DNA of 64,000 nucleotides from an uncultured virus (IMG/VR IMGVR_UViG_3300044986_000857) (taxonomy: Duplodnaviria; Heunggongvirae; Uroviricota; Caudoviricetes): the IMG/VR virus record IMGVR_UViG_3300044986_000857. One strand, written 5' to 3'. Below the pieces are notes generated by a model. It saw only the letters and a program-made list of their open reading frames with translations, ran no database searches and was not told the origin of the DNA. This document shows positions 19,025 to 27,293 of this stretch, piece by piece; within the stretch, counting starts at the first letter, position 1, and every line of letters starts with the position of its first letter. Position numbers and translations under genes: made by a program.

Positions 19025-19768
19025 CTACTGGACGTCACGGGTCTTGATGCCATCCAGAATCACGCCGAGCATCTTGATGCCGTCGAAGGCATTGAGGTAC
19101 GCGAGCGGGTCGAGAGCAGCGGTGTACGACGTGGCCGCTTCGCCGCCTTCGCCCGACGTACCGGCCGTCGTACCAGCGCCAGCGCCGGGGACGTTGCCGG
19201 TGATCGGCTTGAACGGGAAGAAGTCAAGGCGAACCGAGATACCCTGACGTGCAGGAATCGGAATATCCTTGGCAAGCAAAAGTACATTTTCGTGAGAAGG
19301 CCACCCGTTGCTCACGATATTGCGCTGGTTCACAGTCGAAGAACCAAACACACCCATACCGGCGGGGGTGTAGACCAGCTGCGAGGTGAACTGGTCCTTC
19401 TCGCCGGCCTTGAACGTCAGGTGGCAGCCGTACGAGAGCAGGCTGTAGAGGTCCACAGCGCGGTCAGCGTCAGCGGCGACCGAGTCACCCGACAGGGCCG
19501 GGAGCAGCTGCGGATTGCCGTACGCGCCGAACGCCGACGCATCCTTGAGCGACTGGAAGAATTCCAGCGCGCGGATCGCCTTCACAACGTAGGTCTGGTC
19601 GCTCTGGAGAGCGCCGGCCGTCGCCATGTTGGTGAACTCTTCCGACGAGGTGTTGGGGTTCGCGAAGAGGCGAACGCCGTTGATCACCGAGGACAGACCG
19701 ATACCACGAACGGCCATATCCCAAAGCGGCTGGTGGATTCGTTCGCGCGCGCCATCAAAACGAGGCAT
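19025..19768 (-). CDS. Candidate major capsid protein (single jelly-roll type)
   Basis: Strong AGGAAGGA RBS and downstream terminator; HQPLWD...TNM...G.L; IPIPARQGISVRL; terminal LGVILDG strand shared with the array. The fold is inferred. Confidence 0.55.
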   Translation of the reverse strand: MPRFDGARERIHQPLWDMAVRGIGLSSVINGVRLFANPNTSSEEFTNMATAGALQSDQTYVVKAIRALEFFQSLKDASAFGAYGNPQLLPALSGDSVAADADRAVDLYSLLSYGCHLTFKAGEKDQFTSQLVYTPAGMGVFGSSTVNQRNIVSNGWPSHENVLLLAKDIPIPARQGISVRLDFFPFKPITGNVPGAGAGTTAGTSGEGGEAATSYTAALDPLAYLNAFDGIKMLGVILDGIKTRDVQ

Positions 19769-19865
19769 TGTATTACCGTTTCCTTCCTGCGTTTTTAGAC
19801 AGGTGGCATCCTGTTTTGTGAAGGTCCGACACTACACCATGTAATGTCGGAACATCAAAGTTTTT

Positions 19866-21023
19866 TCAACGAGAGAGCATCGGCATCTTGGTAAAGATAC
19901 CGCCTTCGCCCGGAGCGAACTCCGTGGCGTTGTCGTGGCCGCCACGGTCTTCCAGCAGGCCGAGGCCGCCCGTGGCCGCCCATTCCATCTGGTTGTCACC
20001 GTAGTTGCGCGGACGGAACGGGTGAGCCTGCCCGACGGTGGTGTACTCACCCACGCCACGGAAGATCCCGCTGCCAACGGTGGTGTACTCACCGACGCCG
20101 TGGAAGATGCCGCCGCCGACGGTGGTGTACTCACCCAGCGAAAGCGCCTTCTTGGCCTTGCCGAGCAGGCTGTCGTCCTTGACAGACGGATCCATCGCAG
20201 CCGCGCCGACGGCCTGCACGATCGCGCCGATCATGCCGCCGATGGCGATGGCACCCTTGTAACGGGGCGCGACCTTGTCGGCGACAACGAACGCAACCGC
20301 CGAGAGAGCCGCCGTAGCGAGCGCGGGGCTGTACTTGCCGAGGGTCGACGCGCCCTTGGACGGATCTTTCTCGTCGGCAAGAAAGCTCTTCTTGAACGTC
20401 GTGTTGCCCGCCTTGTCCTTTTCCATGACGAGCATTTCGGCGATGTACTTGCCAGCCAGCGTCAGACCGACGAGGCCGCCGGCACCGACCAGCGCGACCG
20501 GCGCGATCAGCTTGGCCGATTCCATCAGGCTGCCGTTCGACTTCAAGGTCATGGCCTTGATCAGCGGCGACTTGAGCGCCTTGTTGCGACCGCGGTCACG
20601 CACGACAGCGGCGAGCGCCGACAGACGAGCCGCCTGCGCCGAGTGCGCGCGCTTGGACGTGCCCTTGGCACGCTTGGCCGCACGGCGCTGCGCCTTGGCC
20701 GACCGCTCCAACGCGGACGACACGCGCTTGCGCTGATTGGCCTCTTCGCGCTTGATGGCCTTCGCCCAATCGGACTTCCAACCACGCTTCTTCGAGAAAT
20801 CGAATCGGGCGGGCGCGTCCGAACGACCGGCTTCGGCAGCCATGATTGCCGCCGTCGACGACGTTTCGCCACCCGCAATCGCGGCGAGCGCCGCATCGGC
20901 TTCCACCGAGGCTGCCGCCTCGGGGCCGTTGCGACGCAGCCGGCGGCGCGGGTTCTTCTTGAGGACGACGTGACGGACCTTGTACTTCGCGCGCGGGTTG
21001 CGGCGGTGCTTGCGACGAGCCAT
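19866..21023 (-). CDS. Basic core-like protein with GEYTTVG repeats
   Basis: Arg/Lys-rich N-half with RRNP, KKNP, RRNG; hydrophobic helices; three GEYTTVG; DNATEFAPGEGGIF. Confidence 0.8.
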   Translation of the reverse strand: MARRKHRRNPRAKYKVRHVVLKKNPRRRLRRNGPEAAASVEADAALAAIAGGETSSTAAIMAAEAGRSDAPARFDFSKKRGWKSDWAKAIKREEANQRKRVSSALERSAKAQRRAAKRAKGTSKRAHSAQAARLSALAAVVRDRGRNKALKSPLIKAMTLKSNGSLMESAKLIAPVALVGAGGLVGLTLAGKYIAEMLVMEKDKAGNTTFKKSFLADEKDPSKGASTLGKYSPALATAALSAVAFVVADKVAPRYKGAIAIGGMIGAIVQAVGAAAMDPSVKDDSLLGKAKKALSLGEYTTVGGGIFHGVGEYTTVGSGIFRGVGEYTTVGQAHPFRPRNYGDNQMEWAATGGLGLLEDRGGHDNATEFAPGEGGIFTKMPMLSR

Positions 21024-21067
21024 TGTGAAATCTCCTGATAAGGTGCGAAAGAGGGAAGAGAGACGCC

Positions 21068-21089
21068 CCCGCTCGCGTCAACGAGCGGG
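21068..21089. other. Intergenic hairpin
   Basis: CCCGCTCG-CGTCAA-CGAGCGGG between the two basic paralogues. Confidence 0.5.
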
Positions 21090-21099
21090 AGCTGTCAGG

Positions 21100-22467
21100 T
21101 CACTCGCGGAAGATGCCACCCGACAGAACGCCGCCCTCACCGGGGGCGAACTGCGACGCATCATCGAGGCCGCGCAGCGAGTCGGCCGCGAATTCGGTGG
21201 CGTTGTCACCGCCGCCGCCGACGGTCGTGTACTCACCGAGGCCGTGGAAGATGCCCGCGCCGACGGTCGTGTACTCGCCGATGCCAGCAGCCTCAGCGGC
21301 CGGAGCCGCAGCCGGCGCGACGGGCAGCAGCGCAGCCCTCACGCTCGACGCCCAATTGCCCTTGCCTTCCGTGTCGGTTTCGACGGACGCCATGACGGCC
21401 TGCACGATCGCGCCGATCATGCCGCCGATCATCACCGCGCCCTTGAAGCGCGGAGCGACCTTGTCAGCGACCATGTAGCCGACGATCGAGAGGCCCGCAG
21501 TCGAGAGCGCCGGGGTGTACTTGCCGAGCGCCGACAAGCCCTTCGTCGGATCCTTCTCGTCGGCAAGAAAGCTCTTCTTGATCACAGCGTTGCCTGCCGT
21601 GTCCTTCTCCATGACGATCATGTCGGCGATGTACTTGCCGGCCATCGCAAGACCGACAAGACCAAGGCCGCCAACCGCCGCCTGCGGAGCGAGCAGCTTG
21701 GCTGCCTGCACGACGCCTTCAAAGCCCGGGTTCGACCGGGTCATCATGGCGTGCTGCAAGCCGCGGATCGCCGGGCGAATCTTCTTGGCCGAGGCGCGCG
21801 AGTGGGCGAGCGACGAGATCGCGCTGGCGCGACGGATCTGCGCCGAGAGGGCGCGACGGCGCAGCGAGCGCTTCGGGGCCTTCTTCGCGCGCTTCTTGAG
21901 CGTGGCGACCGTACGCTTCGCCTTGGCCCGGAACTTCTTGGAGAGCGGGTTCGCGTGACGGCGACGACGGCGCTTCGCGGCCGGGTTCGCCTTGGCAGCG
22001 CGACGACGGCGGCGACGCGACGCGGGGTTCGCCTTGACAATGATGTTGGCGACAACACGCTTCTTGCGACGACGACGACGCGACGGAGACGCCTTCTTGG
22101 CCTTCGCCTTCTTCTTCGCCTTCTTCGCGGGGTTCTTCTTCAGACGTCGCTTGACGAACTTGCCATGCCGATCACGCTTGGGGAGTGCCACGGGGTTCTT
22201 CCTCTTCTTTTTGGGCTTCTTCTTGCCCGGATTCATGGTTGGAGCAGCTGCACCCGCAGCAGCGCGGTGCGCCCGATGCGCCTCACGTGCTCCGAGGTAC
22301 AAATCGCGCGCCGATTCAGCGGCGTAGCGAGATCCACGATACATCCCGCTTCCAAGACGTCGCGCCCATTCCGGGTTGTGCCGCGCCGTCATACCCGGGC
22401 GACCCGGATTGACGACAAGCAACTCGACCGGATTGGACCGCATGCGGCGGTGTCGTGTCAAAGCCAT
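21100..22467 (-). CDS. Highly basic core-like protein, paralogue of 19866-21023
   Basis: About ten xNP motifs between Arg/Lys runs; C-half closely similar to its neighbour (KKSFLADEKDP, VADKVAPR, GEYTTVG). Confidence 0.85.
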   Translation of the reverse strand: MALTRHRRMRSNPVELLVVNPGRPGMTARHNPEWARRLGSGMYRGSRYAAESARDLYLGAREAHRAHRAAAGAAAPTMNPGKKKPKKKRKNPVALPKRDRHGKFVKRRLKKNPAKKAKKKAKAKKASPSRRRRRKKRVVANIIVKANPASRRRRRRAAKANPAAKRRRRRHANPLSKKFRAKAKRTVATLKKRAKKAPKRSLRRRALSAQIRRASAISSLAHSRASAKKIRPAIRGLQHAMMTRSNPGFEGVVQAAKLLAPQAAVGGLGLVGLAMAGKYIADMIVMEKDTAGNAVIKKSFLADEKDPTKGLSALGKYTPALSTAGLSIVGYMVADKVAPRFKGAVMIGGMIGAIVQAVMASVETDTEGKGNWASSVRAALLPVAPAAAPAAEAAGIGEYTTVGAGIFHGLGEYTTVGGGGDNATEFAADSLRGLDDASQFAPGEGGVLSGGIFRE

Positions 22468-22473
22468 GTGGGG

Positions 22474-22496
22474 AACCTAGCAAGGTTGATAGCTAC
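22474..22496 (-). promoter_or_regulatory. Late-type promoter (leaderless spacing)
   Basis: GTAGC-N12-TAGGTT, 6 nt before ATG 22467. Confidence 0.7.
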
Positions 22497-22521
22497 ACCA
22501 CGCGCGGTGTCGCTTTGGCTG

Positions 22522-23229
22522 TCAGTAGACGATGCCGCGCTCGTCAAAGTGCATCCGGCCGCCCTTGACGATGATCAGCTTCCACTTCGGGTCGTGAATG
22601 ATCACCGTCTTCTGGTCAACGCAGCCGTACACTTTCGCGCCGCGATTGATCTGAATGTCCGCGCCGTCCTCGCCGTCGTCGAGACCGAACGAAAGCGGTG
22701 TCGCAAGCTCTGCAACTTCCACCTGCCCGTTTTCGTTGACCGCCCCAGAAACAAGGTCGCCAACGGTCTTGTCGGGGTTGCTTCGCGCACTTGCCGGCAG
22801 CTTCTTCGTCAGCATGTAGACCGACGGCTTGCTGTCGAAGTGGTGAATGTAGTCGTTGGTCTTGCGCCCCGACTCCCACTTGCCGCTGCGGTACACGATG
22901 TTGTGCGCTTGTCCGACGCACAGCATCCCGTCGTCCTCGGAACACCCGCCGCTGACCACAAACCTGTTGCGCGGCTCCTTGCGGTGCCACATGCGGTAGA
23001 CGTCCTCGGCGTCCTTGCGCGGATTCTTCCTGATAGGCCGCCAGCTGGCCGGGTCATTCGGCGGCAGCTTGTGTGAACCGACGACGGGCTTGGTCATCAC
23101 CTTGGGAACACCGCCCTCTTTTCCAAAAGCGAGCGCACGTTCGCTGGCTTCCAACCACGTCGGCCAACCGGAATCAATGTTGATACCGTGAATGTCGACG
23201 ACGTACCACTTGTATTCCGGGCGGTTCAC
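22522..23229 (-). CDS. Hypothetical virion-module protein
   Basis: GTGA-coupled start; RKNP and RSNP between segments. Confidence 0.75.
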   Translation of the reverse strand: MNRPEYKWYVVDIHGINIDSGWPTWLEASERALAFGKEGGVPKVMTKPVVGSHKLPPNDPASWRPIRKNPRKDAEDVYRMWHRKEPRNRFVVSGGCSEDDGMLCVGQAHNIVYRSGKWESGRKTNDYIHHFDSKPSVYMLTKKLPASARSNPDKTVGDLVSGAVNENGQVEVAELATPLSFGLDDGEDGADIQINRGAKVYGCVDQKTVIIHDPKWKLIIVKGGRMHFDERGIVY

Positions 23230-23690
23230 TTGAGCGCCTTTTGGACAAGAACACCGACAATGCCAGCGACGCATGCTGCGAGGATGGCTTGGCCGATGTT
23301 GGGTTTGACTTCAATCTCGACAGGCGGGTTCGTCGGCAGCGTCACCGGCTCGCCGATATCTCCGAGGCCCGCGAGCGCCCCTCGCAACGCCGGGCCGCTG
23401 CCTCCCTTGTCGGCGAGCATCGCGGCAACCGGATCACCACCAGCGCGAACGGCGATCACACCGCGAGCGCGTGTGCCCGTGCCGATAGGCTGCGCGCCGG
23501 GCGGCAGGATGAAAGCGAGCGCTTCGGGCGAGAAGCCGATCGTGGCTTGCGCCCCCAGCCCGGGACACAACTCTGGCGGGCGATTGGGTGCCCGAAACTT
23601 CGTACCGACGATGCCGTGGTCCCGCGCTGTACCGGGGCAGTCGTAGTAGCTGTAGATGCGCCGTGCCGGATCGTAGACGGAGCAGATCAT
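23226..23690 (-). CDS. C-terminally anchored membrane protein
   Basis: GAGG RBS; PGLG and LAGLG motifs; C-terminal TM. Confidence 0.7.
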   Translation of the reverse strand: MICSVYDPARRIYSYYDCPGTARDHGIVGTKFRAPNRPPELCPGLGAQATIGFSPEALAFILPPGAQPIGTGTRARGVIAVRAGGDPVAAMLADKGGSGPALRGALAGLGDIGEPVTLPTNPPVEIEVKPNIGQAILAACVAGIVGVLVQKALK

Positions 23691-23706
23691 GGCGTCCTCA
23701 TAGTGG

Positions 23707-24222
23707 TCAAAGCGAATACGATCGTGCGAAACCAACGCGGCGGTGCATGATCGCCGTTCCGTCGTCGGCGACAGGATCGACCGTAGCCCACACCCTCTCG
23801 CCCGCCGCGTTTCCGCCCCCAGCGTCAGCCGTGCGAAGCGCAACCTGACAGAACACGTGGCTTGGGTTCTTGTCCTCAAACCCGACAACCATGAACCGAC
23901 ACTCGTTGCCGATGGACATAAGCATCGCCGCAAGCAGCGTCGCGAGGTCATCGCAGTCGCCGCCGCCGAGCGCCAAGACCTTTTGCGGTGAGATTACAAG
24001 CTCGACGTCGTGAATGTCCCGAACGTAGCGGACGTGCTGGCAGACCCAGTTATAGATGGCAAGGATCTCGCCGTTGTAGTCGCCGGGCTGCAAGTCCCGA
24101 ACAATCTCGCGCGTGAGCCGCAAGATGCCGAGGTCTTTCTTCGCAGCGTGCGCAAGGTTGCGCATAGCAACGATCGTGTCGTCAAGCGACGGGTTCTTCT
24201 TGATGGTTCCGCGCAGCTGCAT
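23707..24222 (-). CDS. Transglutaminase-like cysteine protease (candidate maturation protease)
   Basis: GDCDD (Cys), SHVF (His) and VDP (Asp) form the papain-like/transglutaminase triad; WV..HVRY..D upstream. Confidence 0.8.
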   Translation of the reverse strand: MQLRGTIKKNPSLDDTIVAMRNLAHAAKKDLGILRLTREIVRDLQPGDYNGEILAIYNWVCQHVRYVRDIHDVELVISPQKVLALGGGDCDDLATLLAAMLMSIGNECRFMVVGFEDKNPSHVFCQVALRTADAGGGNAAGERVWATVDPVADDGTAIMHRRVGFARSYSL

Positions 24223-24229
24223 CCCGTCG

Positions 24230-24252
24230 ATGCTACGCCGCTTGGTTGCTAC
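24230..24252 (-). promoter_or_regulatory. Late-type promoter (leaderless spacing)
   Basis: GTAGC-N12-TAGCAT, 7 nt before ATG 24222. Confidence 0.7.
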
Positions 24253-24255
24253 ATG

Positions 24256-24285
24256 AAAAAACCCGCCCGGTGGCTGCCGGGCGGG
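24256..24285 (-). terminator. Intrinsic terminator
   Basis: 9-bp stem CCCGCCCGG/CCGGGCGGG followed by T6 on the minus strand. Confidence 0.75.
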
Positions 24286-24302
24286 GCGGGGACGTCAACC
24301 TG

Positions 24303-24629
24303 TCAGTCTTCGTCTTCGTCGTCTTCGTCGTCCTCGTCGTCTTCGTCGTCCTCGTCAACTTCTTCTTCGACGAGCGCCGCATCGAGGTAGCAATCCGTCG
24401 CGGACGCAACCATCGTTTCGATAGCGCTTCCGAACAACGCGGTGAGGTTGTCGACGGCTTGCCCCTTGATCTCTTTGTCCACTTTCTCTTCGACGTTCTC
24501 GCTGCACCACTTGTCAACGGATGCGCGGAACAACTGACGGGTCAGCTGTTCGATCTCCATCCCGGTGTCGACTTTCGGCCGCTTGGGCTTGTGGCCGGCT
24601 TTCGCGGCCTTCGCGTGTACTTCGACCAT
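24303..24629 (-). CDS. Hypothetical protein with acidic tail
   Basis: TGATG-coupled start; D/E-rich C-terminus. Confidence 0.65.
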   Translation of the reverse strand: MVEVHAKAAKAGHKPKRPKVDTGMEIEQLTRQLFRASVDKWCSENVEEKVDKEIKGQAVDNLTALFGSAIETMVASATDCYLDAALVEEEVDEDDEDDEDDEDDEDED

Positions 24630-26671
24630 CACGCCACCTCGTCTTCTTCGTCTTCGTCGCTGGTCGTCCAAAGCTCAAACGCCTTCGTCACGGTCTCTTC
24701 GCCTCGCGGCGACAAAATCACCCAATCCGACGGGACGTTCTGCTGGATGAACGAAAGCAGCTGGTCCGAGTCGCCAAGTCCTGCGGCCATCGACATCAAC
24801 GCCGGGGCGCGTTCATAGAACGGTTCAAGAATCTGCGACACGATCTGCTCTGGCGTCATGTTCTTCTGGACGGCGAAGTCGATGTTCTTGACGAGCAACA
24901 CCGCCGCTCCGACCAGATCCTCGTCGCCCTTCGGCAACGTGATCTCCTTCAAGTCGTTCGCAAGCTCTCCCGCCGGCTGCTGCTCGGGCGCTGCCGCCGT
25001 CGCCGTCGCCGGGGCCGGGTTTTCAATCGGAGCCTGCGGCGCGGGCAGCGCGGCTTGCTTGGGGCCAAGGTCGAGCACCACCGGCTTCGGCATCAGCATC
25101 GGCTGCGGCGGGTTCGCGTACGGCATCGGAGCCGGCGCGGCCTGCGCCGCGCGAGCCTGCGCCCGCGCCGCCATAGCCTGTTGCGCGATCGGCAACACCG
25201 TCGTCGCCAGCTTCTCACCAACCTCCATCACCTTGTCCAGCGTCGACTCGGGTGCGTCATCGCCCGTGAGCGTGCTTCGCAGATTGTTCAGCGTGAGCAA
25301 CTGCTTTGCGAGGCTGTCGATCCCACCCGTCTCGGCACGCTTCGCGAGCGTGTCGATCTGAAACTGCATCGACTGCATAAGCATCTGCTGATTGTTCTGC
25401 GCAGCGTCCTGCGTCAGCTTCATCATCAGCTGCAACTGCTCCTTCTCGCTGTTGTTTCGCTCACGAAGCGCGGCGACTTCAGCTTCGTGACGACGCTGTC
25501 GTTCAGCTTCGTCGCGTCGCAGCTGCTCGCGTAGCTCTTCGCGCTTGATCTCGTCTTCGTGACGACGTGCTTCGCGTTCTTCTCGTTCGCGCGCCTTTGC
25601 TTCTTCATATCGCCTACGCTCTTCTTCGCGCTCGACCCGGCGGCGTTCTTCTTCGCGGCGTCGGTCTTCACGCTCTTCTTCGCGTCGTCGATCTTCTTCG
25701 CGACGCTGCTCATCGCGTCGTCGTTCCTCTTCGCGGCGGCGCTCTTCACGCTCTTCGCGCTGCGCCTCCATCAACGCTTTCGTTGAATCCGACGTCTTCG
25801 AAAGCAGGTTCTCGACGAGCGGGAGGATCGCCGGGAGAATCTGCGTGATCGCGCTGCTGCTGTCAGACTTGTTCTTCTCGACGACCTGCATGAGACGCTG
25901 CGATGCGCGTTCCTGCGCTTCGATAACTGACTGCATCATACTCGCGACCTCGTCTTGCTTCGCCTGCGCAGCGCGCTGCGCAGCAGCGATGGCGTTGTCG
26001 TGATCCAGCGGCATCTTTGCCTCGCCCGCGATGCGAATGCGCTCTTGCTTGATGATTCCTTGCCGCCCCGTGATCGGATGCGGGCCAAACACCTTGAGCA
26101 CGAACAGACCGCCACCGTACGATCGCTCGATGTCTTCGACTTTGATCCGATCGTGGTGCGTCGCCAAGTAGCCGCTGCAATCCACACCCGACCGCGTCTT
26201 GTTCGGCTCGACGCGCTCGACGCGCACTTCGTACTCGCGGCTCGCAAAGTTCAGCGACGCGAGCAGCGTGTCGATCTCTTGGTACGCGGTATCCGATGCA
26301 GCCTGCAACGAGCGGAAGCCCGGCGCGGCTGCGATCTCGTCGCGCGTCAGACCCATGTTGCGCGGGCCACGAATGCCGCGCCCAGCCGGCGGCGCGGGCA
26401 GCACCGGAGCGACCGTCTCGTTCTTGTTCTTCGGCGGGCGACCGCGCTTGGGCTTCTCTGCGGCAGTCACAACCGACGGAGCCGGCGGCGGCAGCTGTGA
26501 CGCTGCTCCCGTCGACGGCGGCGGCGAAAACTGCACCGGGCCGTCGTCTTCGTCGTCTTCGTCGGCGAAGTCGTCATCATCGACGTCGGGATCGTCGCTG
26601 TCTGGCAGCGCGTCGAGAAACGCGCCCAGCTTCTCGTCTTCGTCTTCGTCGAGCGGCTTATTGCGCGGCAT
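24629..26671 (-). CDS. Large coiled-coil protein with an E/R-rich charged helix
   Basis: GGAG before ATG 26671 (the longer ORF start overlaps the upstream gene); long EERRR tract. Confidence 0.8.
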   Translation of the reverse strand: MPRNKPLDEDEDEKLGAFLDALPDSDDPDVDDDDFADEDDEDDGPVQFSPPPSTGAASQLPPPAPSVVTAAEKPKRGRPPKNKNETVAPVLPAPPAGRGIRGPRNMGLTRDEIAAAPGFRSLQAASDTAYQEIDTLLASLNFASREYEVRVERVEPNKTRSGVDCSGYLATHHDRIKVEDIERSYGGGLFVLKVFGPHPITGRQGIIKQERIRIAGEAKMPLDHDNAIAAAQRAAQAKQDEVASMMQSVIEAQERASQRLMQVVEKNKSDSSSAITQILPAILPLVENLLSKTSDSTKALMEAQREEREERRREEERRRDEQRREEDRRREEEREDRRREEERRRVEREEERRRYEEAKAREREEREARRHEDEIKREELREQLRRDEAERQRRHEAEVAALRERNNSEKEQLQLMMKLTQDAAQNNQQMLMQSMQFQIDTLAKRAETGGIDSLAKQLLTLNNLRSTLTGDDAPESTLDKVMEVGEKLATTVLPIAQQAMAARAQARAAQAAPAPMPYANPPQPMLMPKPVVLDLGPKQAALPAPQAPIENPAPATATAAAPEQQPAGELANDLKEITLPKGDEDLVGAAVLLVKNIDFAVQKNMTPEQIVSQILEPFYERAPALMSMAAGLGDSDQLLSFIQQNVPSDWVILSPRGEETVTKAFELWTTSDEDEEDEVA

Positions 26672-27290
26672 CGGTGGCGGCTCCTTCGCTTCCGTTGACA
26701 GGCGCAGCGGCGCTACCCGGCGCGTTGTTTCCTTCGATGATGGCATCGGGTTCGCGGGCAACGGCCACAGCGGCGTTGCCTGCGGCGACGAGGCTGGCAA
26801 CGGCGCTGCCTGCACCGGAGGCTGCACCGGAGGCTGCGTTTTCTTCCGCACCACCAGCACCGTCGGATTCGACCTCGGCGTCCTCTTCGTCCTCGCCATT
26901 CAGTTCTTCCTCGATCGCCTGCATGGTGGCGACGACTTGCTGCGCGGCGTCGACAAACTTCGCACGCAACTCAGCGGGAGCCTTGCCCGTGTCCTGCAAA
27001 CCCTTGTTCGTCGCCGTGTAGAAGCCTGCCGTGACCATCGTTTCGTCGAGCAGGGTCGCAAGCATCACGATCGTATCGCGCGCCTGTGCGAGCACATCGC
27101 CGTCGTTTTGCAGCGCGTCCTCGATGTCGTTGATCGCCTCTTCGTGCTCGGCGAGCGCTTCGCCAACCGCGCCCGCGAGCTTGCGAATCAGCGGGAAAAG
27201 ATAGTTGAGCGCCAGCTGCTTGCCGTCGACGTGGTTCGCCTTCGACAACCGATCTTCGTATTTCTGCAATACGGTCGCAAACTCTTGCAT
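26658..27290 (-). CDS. Hypothetical helical, acidic protein
   Basis: Natural-looking ORF in operon order. Confidence 0.7.
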   Translation of the reverse strand: MQEFATVLQKYEDRLSKANHVDGKQLALNYLFPLIRKLAGAVGEALAEHEEAINDIEDALQNDGDVLAQARDTIVMLATLLDETMVTAGFYTATNKGLQDTGKAPAELRAKFVDAAQQVVATMQAIEEELNGEDEEDAEVESDGAGGAEENAASGAASGAGSAVASLVAAGNAAVAVAREPDAIIEGNNAPGSAAAPVNGSEGAATDAAQ

Positions 27291-27293
27291 CGT

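Noticed and set aside
24629..26671. Tape measure protein
   Set aside because: The composition is charged E/R helix rather than Ala/Gly-rich, and there are no adjacent tail tube or chaperone genes.
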